64,000 bases of DNA from Hydrolagus colliei (taxonomy: Eukaryota), in contig CM068750.1 of assembly GCA_035084275.1 (NCBI GenBank), positions 12,834,001 to 12,898,000 on the forward strand, read 5' to 3'. Both the position numbers and the translations under genes were made by a program. The number at the start of each line of letters is the position of its first letter. Within the stretch, counting starts at the first letter, position 1. Positions 39,703 to 48,716 of the stretch are shown here, in pieces. Below the pieces are notes generated by a model that had not been told where the DNA came from, made no database searches, and saw only the letters and a program-made list of their open reading frames with translations.

Positions 39703-41301
39703 TTAACAGCCGGGTCTGAGTGGGATCTGCAGCAATAGCACCTGTCTGCTCTCTGACGGGTGACACTTGTTGATGTGCCTGGTCAGGCCGGGGGAGCTGA
39801 CGAAGGTGGACGGGCAGTGTTTACAGGAGTAGATCTGCGCTGCCGGCTCTCCTCCATTCGGGGTCTCCTCGATACATCTGTCCCCGGGACCCGGGCAGGG
39901 ACCCGGGCCGAGGAGAGCGGCTTCCCCGCGGCCCATGGCGTGCCACAGCAGGTGCTTGTCTCGGATCTCGGCCGAGGGCAGGTGCACCCCGCAGAGCTGG
40001 CAGGGGAAGGACAGGCGGCTCAGCTCCTCCACTCGGGTGCTGACCGAGCAGCGGGCAGCTTGGTGCGCGGCCAGGTGTTTTCTCAGGTAAGCCTGGCGGC
40101 GGAATGTCTTACTGCAGTAACAGCACTGGAACAGCTCCTCGCCTGCCAGCAGCGCGGAGGAGGAGGTGGAGGAAGAGGAGGAGGAGGAGGTGGAGGAGGT
40201 GGAGGAGGAGGAGGCCGTGTGGGCAGCACCGCCCGGGCTCTCCCTGGAGCTGTCCAAGTGCTGAATCCGAATGACTCCCGGCGACTCGCTGCCTCCGCCC
40301 CGCTTGCCCGAGTTCTCTTTGCTCTCCGAGTCCGCCTCTCCTTGCTTCTTAACGGCTTGGGCGTCGCCGTTAGTCCCTGGACGCGGCTTGTGCCAGCGCC
40401 GATGGGAAGCCAGGTTAGCCGGGCAGCTGAAGACCTTGTCGCACTCGGGACAGCGGTATTCCACGCGGATGATCCTGGAGCACTTGTGCTGCGCTAGAGA
40501 GAAGGGGTCGGGATATTGCTCTTTGCACAGCTGGCAGATGAATTCGCCCAGTGCGCCGCCTCCTGTGGACGGGCAGCGTTTGGAGTCGCCGGCGTCCACT
40601 TTAATCCTCAAACCCAGCACGGGAGAGGTGGTCATTTCATCTTGGAAACTGAGTTTCCTGATGACTTTGTGCTTCTTCGGGGCGGTGGTTGTGGTTGTTG
40701 TGGGTGCCGGTGCCGGTGTGGGTTGCCCAGCCTTGCTCTTGCGCTGGCTTTGCTCCCCAGCTCCTGCCCCTCTCTTGCCGCTTGCTGGCAAATGCAAAGG
40801 TGAGAATAGGTGAGCGGCGCCGTCCACTTTGGAGCGCACCGCCGAGAAGGTCGGCTGCAACAGGAGCCTCTCGATTGGGTTCAGGGTCGAAGCCACGGGG
40901 AAGGATTCTGCGGGAGCCGGCGAGACCAGGCATCTGTCAACGAAAGGGTGCTTCGGCTCTTTGGCCAGAGGTTTGGCCGGGCTGTAGGGTACACTGGCCC
41001 AGCGCGATATGTTATACTCTGCGAAAGGCGGCTGGGTGTAGAAGGCACCGTTCTCCAACAACGATCCCATCGCCTGGTTTGCCTCCGAGACTTTATCCTG
41101 AGCCGACTCATGGTTGAAAGGCTCCGGGCTGCTCCTCTGAGAGGGCTGCAGAACGGTGTCCCCTGGTCCAGTTGCGAGGACATCGGCGCTCGGAGGGTGA
41201 GGTTCCCGCAGCTGGTGATAGTCCTCTTTCTCCTCAGTGCGAACCCGGTAGGAAACTGGAGACGACTTTTTGTTTCTTTTCACTAGAAATCCTCTTGGCA
41301 T
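39703..41301 (-). CDS. INSM2: Insulinoma-associated protein 2, intronless, 532 aa; SNAG motif + 5 zinc fingers
   Basis: Starts MPRGFLVKR (SNAG); RKLSFQDEMTTSPVLGLRIK; fingers FICQLCKEQY.., YRCPECDKVFSCPANLASHRRWH, RQAYLRKH, SAEIRDKHLLWH (INSM2-type finger 4), SPGLTRHINKCHPSE; adjacency to RALGAPA1 matches the known RALGAPA1-INSM2 pairing. Confidence 0.93.
   Translation of the reverse strand: MPRGFLVKRNKKSSPVSYRVRTEEKEDYHQLREPHPPSADVLATGPGDTVLQPSQRSSPEPFNHESAQDKVSEANQAMGSLLENGAFYTQPPFAEYNISRWASVPYSPAKPLAKEPKHPFVDRCLVSPAPAESFPVASTLNPIERLLLQPTFSAVRSKVDGAAHLFSPLHLPASGKRGAGAGEQSQRKSKAGQPTPAPAPTTTTTTAPKKHKVIRKLSFQDEMTTSPVLGLRIKVDAGDSKRCPSTGGGALGEFICQLCKEQYPDPFSLAQHKCSRIIRVEYRCPECDKVFSCPANLASHRRWHKPRPGTNGDAQAVKKQGEADSESKENSGKRGGGSESPGVIRIQHLDSSRESPGGAAHTASSSSTSSTSSSSSSSTSSSALLAGEELFQCCYCSKTFRRQAYLRKHLAAHQAARCSVSTRVEELSRLSFPCQLCGVHLPSAEIRDKHLLWHAMGRGEAALLGPGPCPGPGDRCIEETPNGGEPAAQIYSCKHCPSTFVSSPGLTRHINKCHPSESRQVLLLQIPLRPGC
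40246..40265 (-). promoter_or_regulatory. RE1-like site with spacer one nt short, inside INSM2 CDS
   Basis: Minus strand TTCAGCAC-TT-GGACAGCTCC. Confidence 0.5.
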
Positions 41302-41479
41302 TTTTTTTTCCACCTTCCCGAACCCGCGTTCAACACAGTAGAGGAGAGGAGGGGGTGAATTTATGCTTTGTGGTTGATGGATCTCAAGATATTGGGTGGG
41401 CGGGGGCTCAGATATCTTAACGAAGGAACTTGAGTGGATGGGGATGGGGGGTGGGGGTGTGTAGTCAAAGGCAGTCAGG

Positions 41480-41570
41480 AAACGCACTCCTGACCCCTCG
41501 ACATGACTGCCTGGCTTTTTATTGATGGCAATGGCTTTTGTTTGGAGCAGGGACTTGTCCAATCAGAGAA
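41480..41570 (-). promoter_or_regulatory. Probable INSM2 core promoter
   Basis: TATA-like AATAAAAAG on minus strand (about 41515-41523) and CCAAT box CCAATCAG (41559-41566), roughly 220-260 bp upstream of the ATG. Confidence 0.55.
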
Positions 41571-44500
41571 TGGAGATGCTGGAGGATGGATCGGGAGGAG
41601 GAGAGACTGGCAGGGAAGGACCGGTGAATTGTGAGAGTAAGGTAACCAAGAGCTACTATCAACCTTAACTCATCAACACTCTTATGTAAATAAGCCATAC
41701 AGCAAAGGAGAGACTGCATATCCCTCCCCCCCTCCCCACCCCCTCAATATCCTCACTCTGGACACACACACATACCCAGTGGGCAGTTCGCTCACCATTA
41801 AGTGAACTTTTCTTTAGGAAACCGCATGTTTTGTCCATCCAGTGGTTGTACACGTTCAGAATTCGCCGTCTTTGGCAAAAAAAATAGTTTGGCAAAGTTT
41901 TATTTGAAGAGAGACAAAAACTGCGGCTTCGTTTGCTCAAATGATCTTGCCTGGCTCATGTGGGCCGAATGTACGCGGCGTCGCTATTGTACCATTTGAC
42001 AGGTTATTGAAATATTTGGGACGTGAGTGCAGGTCCAATCTAATTATAGATGCAGCTGTTTGGAAGCTAAGACCCATTTAAATCCTGAGCGCTTTCGTTT
42101 TTTGTGCAGCGGCAGAACGTTACACGAGATCTTGGTGACACAAACACCGCGTTGACCTGTTTGACCGATACATTACGATGGATACTTTTTTTTTAAAAGA
42201 TGGTAATTCAGGGTTTGATCTTTAGTGTTTGGGACACGGTGCTCATTGATGTAAATACACGGGCACTCGAATCAGTCGCGGAAAATCGAAACCTCTACCA
42301 GAGTAATTGCTGATAGATTTCCGCTGAGCACCGTGGCATTGAAGCGCTCTGTGCGTGAGAAACAACGTGAATCTTTGCGCGGATCAAGCGGTGGTTTGAA
42401 GGTGTCATCATTTTCAGAAAAGGTTCCCGAGCAACGGTTACCCAGCAGCAAACCTTTGCCTCAAGATCCATTAAAATCATCAGCGCGTTTACAGCGACTC
42501 GCGACCGACTGTTGCATTTGATTTCCTCGGTACGCTCTCTGCGTAGCTCGGGCTCAGCGTTAAACCGTGTGAATTGGAGTTTAATGAAATAGATAGAGGG
42601 CGGCGGGACCCGGTATCCAGCGGCTAATCTAATGAGTTGTATTCGTGAGTAAAAAGAGAGGTGGTGGTGGGGGGGGGAGGAGAGAACTACAGTACACCCG
42701 TTTTGCGTCTGTAGCAGGCGCAGACAAAATGCATCGTGAATTCACCTTCCAGTCTATTCCGAGAAGCGCTCTGAGACGTCCCAACAACGCGATAAGGCGC
42801 GATATCGAATGCAAGGATTATCATGATGACGATTATCAGAACTGTAAATGTACAAAATTAAGGGAACTGGTTAAATATATTATTGTTACATAATCGAGTA
42901 CCTATATTTGAAGTGGGCTCGCTTCCAAACGCTACATTTTGTAAAAAAAAAATCAATGTGGATTGGATTGTATCAAACGCTGATTGTACCGGATAACACA
43001 TTGGCTGCCCAGGGTTTACATCAACTGTCCAGTATAAACCACTGAGGTGCACCTCCAGTCTGGCCTTACTGTTTAAACAAAGTATGGTTTCATTATAAAA
43101 TTGTCATACGACGCCAGGAGTTTTCATGCAGCGTCAAAAATCTGAATTGTTTCACGCCTCACAGACACTGACACCGGCATTCGCTGAATAAGGTTTACTT
43201 GTCAAACGATTAAATCCAACCTTGCCGACTGGTGTGTTCACAGTTTAGTAGAGGAACAATAAGTAAGAAGTAAATGTGCAGTCACCCGATTTAAATGTTT
43301 TGTGTGTGTGTGTGTGTGTGTGGGACTGGATGTGGGTTCCGTCTTGCAACTTCTTCCTAAAGTTATTAGCCCAAATAATTATATATATTTTTCCCAGAAC
43401 AGCGAGTGCTAATGCGAGCAGTTTTCTTGTGGTTCCGAATGTGTAGCCTCTGGGCAGCCGGACACGTGCCTTTGTTTATTCAGCCCTTCTCTGTGTCTCT
43501 TTGATGTTATCTTTTCTGTAAGGAGCGGATGACACGCGTATTTTGCGGGCATTGTTTCCGCGGCAATGCGGAGAAGGGGCGAATTAGCGAATTTGTACAC
43601 TTTGTAAAAACAAACTGTCAAATGTTTGAGTTGAGACTTAAGGAAAGTCTGACTTCCTTCCACGCTTGGATAAATATTTGCGCGAGTTAATAAGAGTATT
43701 TACTTGGGTGGGTGGGGAGGGAGGGAGGTGGGGGGAGTTTGCCCTGTTGTCTGGCTGTGTGTTCAGTAATCTGCCATCTCCACCAGAGCTCATTTCCATA
43801 CAGCTGTAAGGTTTTGCCTGCAGCCGACACCAGACACACCAAGATTATCTGTCTAACGCTCTCTCTCTCTCTCTCTTTATTACCGCTCCTTCTTTCAGAA
43901 GTAAGAAATCTCTTAAAGAGCACTTTTCAGACGAAATCAGATTACAGGCTTATATGTTATTGCGGGAAAAATGATAGAAACAATATAGTAGGATTATGAT
44001 TTGTCTGATCCTACAACTTTAATCTAATGCCTTGTGTGCGTGTGTGTGAGAGGGCGGGGTGTGGGGGGATAGACTGGTTTGATTCTTTGGGCTGAGCAGT
44101 GCAGGATCTTGAGATATCTCACCCACATCTGCAGCAAAACAGCAGGGTCCCGATGCTGTGAAGATGAACAAACACGTTTCAGTAAAGTGGTTGAGTTTGA
44201 CTATGTTTAAAGCGTGTTATAGTTTTGCGACTGATTTTAAAACTGTGTACAGTTTATCAGTGCGATAAGTGCTGCCTGATATTTATTTACATACGTTATT
44301 GGAATTGTTGCTGAATGATTTAGGATTCGTTTGGAATTCATTTGGAATTTCTTGAATCCTCCCAGTTTAACATAGGGGAGGTAGTTCAATGGCTTTAGAC
44401 TTCCAGTGTGCGCACTCGAGATAGAGAGACGTACTACAGAGTTGTCTTGCTTAAGATTGTATAATTCTGCTCCTTGTGGTTGTTCTGGAAGTAAAGAGTC

Positions 44501-45639
44501 TGATCAGAACATAGTATCCCATAGGGCACCAGTAAATAATGAGTATTCATCAGACCCTGATCTCTCACTGATCTCTCTCTACTGTTAATGTCTAGAATGA
44601 TCAGAGGTATCATAGAGCCCAATGTGGCTTCAATGTACGTTATTTCACTGCTAAAAAAAAATCATTCTGCGACCCCAAGGTAGATAAATGTAGGACGCAT
44701 CTATTAAACAGTAGCTACAGCATGAGTAAAAATGATTTGTCAGGTTTACTGAATGGGATGCAGGTGTAAAGGGCAACATATGCAGTTATTCATAATATAA
44801 TGGAAAGTGCTGCTTTTCCACACAGTTTCCGAGTAAACAGTCAGGGAGAGATTAGGTGAAATTGTTTGGCATTACGATTCATTCTGCAAATCGTCTGTTT
44901 TTGCACCCACGCCATACAGAAAATAAGCACTGGCTTTCTTAGAGTAATTATCTGAACTTCACCAACCCTTTCAATGGTTTCACGCAGGGCGGATTAGCAC
45001 AATATAGGTTACCATGTGTTATTTCAGTCAGTTCCGTTAATTAGATTGCAACGAACAGCAAGTAGTACTATAAATTAAGTGAATGCGAAACAAAAGCCCG
45101 AGCAGAGAGGTGCATAGTACCGTTCTTTTTTTAAAAAAATAGTATTTTAAGCGGCATCACATCAATGTGGCAAATATGGCAGATGTCTTCCCTTGTTTAT
45201 TATTTACATTTTGTTTACTCGCAGTTTTCGTGTAACCCGAAGCTCACTCACTGGCTGGCAGACTGGAGTCATTCGACACCAGCTGGTAACAAGACATGTT
45301 TATGCTGTGATGTCCTTGACGCTTCAATAATGACGGGGAAACCCGCGTGTGCCTGTACTGTACAATCTCTCCCCCCCACCCCCACACACATACACAGCAA
45401 CTACTCGAGTATCCAATGTCCGTCTAGTGCCAAGAAACAAATTAGGAGTTTAATTTCAAATGTCTTCTCACACCTTTGGAAGCATTATCAATATATATTG
45501 TATCGCTTAATTAACCGACTGCATTGGAACAATGCTTAATGTCTGTTTCCTCCTGTCTGTCATTCGTAATATTAAAACATAATAGTGTATCATAATTAAC
45601 GCATGGTACAACATTTGATGGACTCCAGTGACTGTGTAT

Positions 45640-45990
45640 TTTGTAGATGGTTTTGTCCATGGCAGCCAAGTTGCTCGCAGCAATATCCCACAAACAACAA
45701 TGAAGTGAATGATTATTTTTTAGCTGGATGATGTTGGTGAGGATACTCCGACAAGCGTATTTCTCTTTTTGAATAGTGCCATGGGATCTTTACCATCCAC
45801 CTGAACAGGCAGACTTGGGTTTAGTGTGTCATCTGAAGGACAAAAACACCCGACAATGCAATGCTCTCATAGCACTCCACTCTCACAGAGTGCCAGCCCA
45901 GAACTGAGCTCAAAGTCTTGAATTAAGTTTACAGCCACAACCTTTACTCAAAGGCAAGAATTGCTACCAAATGAGCTAGCTGGACACACA
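45640..45990 (-). mobile_element. Deu-domain SINE relic (AmnSINE1/SacSINE-like)
   Basis: gaatagtgccatgggatctttaccatccacctgaacaggcagac...catctgaagga matches the reverse complement of the Deu core as I recall it. Confidence 0.7.
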
Positions 45991-46353
45991 TTTCCATTGG
46001 AACAGTATACATCAGCTTAGAAGGTACAGAACACTCACCCATGTGTTGCTAAACATTTGACCCAGTTTAAGAATAATTTATTCACATATATTGGCACATT
46101 TGAGAAATTGTCTTCTATTATGCAGATATTTGTTCACTCTCCAGCAACTTTCATCGAGATCAAATACCCATATCCTTAGGTGACAAGAGGTTTGAAAGAA
46201 GATATTTCGGCCCATTTAATCTCATTCTTTCAAAATACTTGCCCATCTGTCTTCCCTTTACAGCACTAAGTTATTTTTAAAATTAATTAAGTATTTGACC
46301 TCTGCTACCCTTCCTGGTAATCTGTCCATCTGTTAATTGTTTTACGTGTAAAG

Positions 46354-46617
46354 TAATAATAATCCTTGCATTTGATATAGCACTTTTCACTTCTTTTAGA
46401 TGTCTCAGTGTTTCAAGTGATTTAGTAAAGTGTATTCATTGTATATTTGTGAGTGAAACACAGCAGCCAATTGAAGTAACCAATTTTACTTTTCTTGAGG
46501 GATTATTGTCAGGTGTGTGGAGTAAGGAAACTTGCCTGAGTTTCGCCCTGTGAAGAATCGAATCCAAGTCTCTTTCTTGCGAGGCAAGTGCTCTAACCAC
46601 TGAGCTACAGGACTCCA
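46354..46617 (-). mobile_element. tRNA-derived SINE (same family)
   Basis: Reverse complement of the head (ctctaaccactgagctacaggactcca) and tail (aataataatccttgcatttgatatag). Confidence 0.85.
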
Positions 46618-46719
46618 TAAGTTTGTGAGTTGCTGAGACATCTCACAAGCATTATTACCTCTGAGCTCCAAGACTCTGTCCGACTTGAAGAGCATTTTTT
46701 AAGTGCAAGTTGTTGTTGT

Positions 46720-47125
46720 TCTGGTCCTCGCCTTCAAAGCCCTCCATGGCCTTGCTCTCCCCACCCCTACTTCTGTGACCTCCTAACCCCCTACCAACCT
46801 AACCACTCCCTCTGGTCAGTGGGCTCTGGCCTGATTCGTCCCCCACCTCACTTGCCCCACCATTGGTGGGTCTGCCATCAGCTATTCTACCCCAATCCTC
46901 TGGAACTCCATCCTGCAATCCCTCCATCTTGCCCCATCCCTTGCTTCTTTCAAGACCTGCCTCAAGGCCCTCCTCTTCGACCATGCACATGATCAACCTC
47001 ATTGCCCCCTGGCCTCCACCCTCCCCAATCCCGACCCCCAACTTGGGTTCAAAATACTGTCTGTCCAGCATCTTGGTATACCAATGTGAAAGATGCTCTA
47101 AAATGTAATTTTTATGTTGTTGTGA
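46720..47125 (+). mobile_element. L2-clade LINE 3' fragment (same family)
   Basis: ctcctaaccccctaccaacct...ctctggaactccatcctgcaatc shared with 6420-6805; same tail. Confidence 0.8.
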
Positions 47126-47589
47126 TGTAAATTCAAGAAACATTATGTAAATTGGCAGTTAAATTGTTTCTGAACATCCCTGACATATAGCAACATAAAG
47201 GCCATTTAGTATTGCATTTGCTCTCTCGGACAGTGTTAATGAAGGTACTTGCTCATGAGTGTTTAAGTTTGTTCATGGGGCTGGATACATGGAGAGTCCT
47301 GACAATCTATGCCAACAGGTAGTTCCACCATAGGGTTGCATTGCTTGCTACCCACATGTGCACTGTACAGGAGGGCTCATTTGAATAACAGTGGAATGAG
47401 AAGACAGGCATCTGAGTGGGAACATCAAATATATTACCAAAGAAAATATTGAGTGATATTATCCCATTCCCCAGCTCTTATTAATATGCCTCAGAATCCT
47501 GTTATTCCCATATATTAGCACACATAAGAAATTGTCTTCCATTGTGCAGATATTCATTAACTATCTAGAGACTTTCATCCAGATCAAGG

Positions 47590-47810
47590 CCTTGTTCTCA
47601 TCCTCTTCCTCACTTTCAAGGCCCTCCACGGCCTTTCCCATCCTACATCTCTGACCCCTATCAACCTGTCTACTCCCTCCACTTAGCAGACTCAGGCCTG
47701 CTCCAGGTCTCCCAGCTGATCTTTGGGAGAACCCTGATTGTTCAGCGCCTTCAGACATTGTCCCGACGTGAAAGGTGCTTTACAAATGTAATGAATGTGT
47801 TGTTGTTATT
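47590..47810 (+). mobile_element. L2 fragment, internally deleted
   Basis: ttcaaggccctccacggcct and tail cccgacgtgaaaggtgctttacaaatgtaa. Confidence 0.65.
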
Positions 47811-47879
47811 GCACCAGCAGGATCTGTTTCGTGTTCCCACACAATGGCGTGGATTGTCTGAGTAAGATTTTCTATTTAA

Positions 47880-48180
47880 AATGATAATCCTTGCATTTGA
47901 TATTGAGCTTTTCATGAGTTCCAGATGTCTCAAAGTGCTTCTCAGAATATACCGTGAAGCAAATTGACTGTATATTTGTGGATGAAACATGGCAGGCAAT
48001 TGCACAAAACAGTGTCCCATGAACAGTCATGGATTGAAATGACCAATTTTTTGTTTTAGGGGGATTATGATCAGGCGTGTGGATTAAGGAAACTTGCCCA
48101 AGGTTTCGCTCTGCCTGGAATCGAACCCAGGTCTCTCGCTTGCAAGGCAAGTACTCTAACCACTGAGCTACAGGACTCCA
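47880..48180 (-). mobile_element. tRNA-derived SINE (same family), intact A/B boxes
   Basis: Minus strand TAGCTCAGTGGTTAGAG...GGTTCGATTCC; full core and tail. Confidence 0.88.
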
Positions 48181-48291
48181 TTTCATACCAATTTATGTAA
48201 AACCCAGGCATAAATAATTTATTGAAATCAATCCCACTCTGTATGGGTCTGTGGCAATAAGTTATTGTTGAACTGAGTCAAGTGTTTAACT

Positions 48292-48392
48292 GCACGTGAG
48301 TGAGTGACCTGCATGTTCTATCATTTTAATTCACTTCCTGTTGCTTGTTCAGCTCTGATATGTCAGATAATGCAGGTCACTCACTCGTGTGC
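48292..48392. repeat. Inverted repeat, 23-bp arms, 55-bp spacer
   Basis: gcacgtgagtgagtgacctgcat / atgcaggtcactcactcgtgtgc; 21/23 complementary. Confidence 0.85.
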
Positions 48393-48625
48393 TGTGAAAA
48401 CCGTGGCTGAGTTTAACAACATATTCCCACAAACCCATACAGAGCGGGTTTCCACTCTTGCTAACCTTACAAGGTCTGAAATATCCCAACCCCCAGCCTG
48501 TCCCTCCATGCCCTGCTGATGAGCCACCCAGTTGGGTGAACTGTTGACCCGCCCGGCTCAGGAACGGGATTCCGAGGGTCGATTCAATTCTGACGATCAA
48601 CGTATTGCCAAATTCTGAAACACAC

Positions 48626-48716
48626 ACTTTGAAGTTGGTTTGCTCTGGTTCTTTTTTAAAAAAAGCACACACTTTTGTAAGTGTTATGTTTAACTACAGC
48701 AAACCAACTTCAAAGT
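48626..48716. repeat. Inverted repeat, perfect 19-bp arms, 53-bp spacer
   Basis: actttgaagttggtttgct / agcaaaccaacttcaaagt. Confidence 0.85.

Larger units (their letters stand above)
39700..43700. promoter_or_regulatory. CpG-rich island over INSM2 and its upstream region
   Basis: Visibly high CpG density compared with the CpG-depleted RALGAPA1 introns (not computed). Confidence 0.6.

Noticed and set aside
39703-41301. Assignment as INSM1
   Set aside because: Finger 4 (..IRDKHLLWH) and linkage to RALGAPA1 rather than RALGAPA2 fit INSM2
39760-41420. Plus-strand and alternate-frame ORFs overlapping INSM2 (up to 245 aa)
   Set aside because: Shadow ORFs of GC-rich coding sequence; no recognisable protein
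41302-41562. 87-codon N-terminal extension of INSM2 in the ORF track
   Set aside because: Starts at TTG upstream of the TATA-like box, has no in-frame ATG, and SNAG motifs function at the extreme N-terminus
42325-42345. RE1-like CTGAGCACCGTGG upstream of INSM2
   Set aside because: Only an imperfect left half-site; right half does not match
48110-48180. tRNA gene (A/B boxes, TGC anticodon-like loop); likewise at 36866, 46550 and 57067
   Set aside because: No complete acceptor stem, and each is joined to the same SINE body and tail
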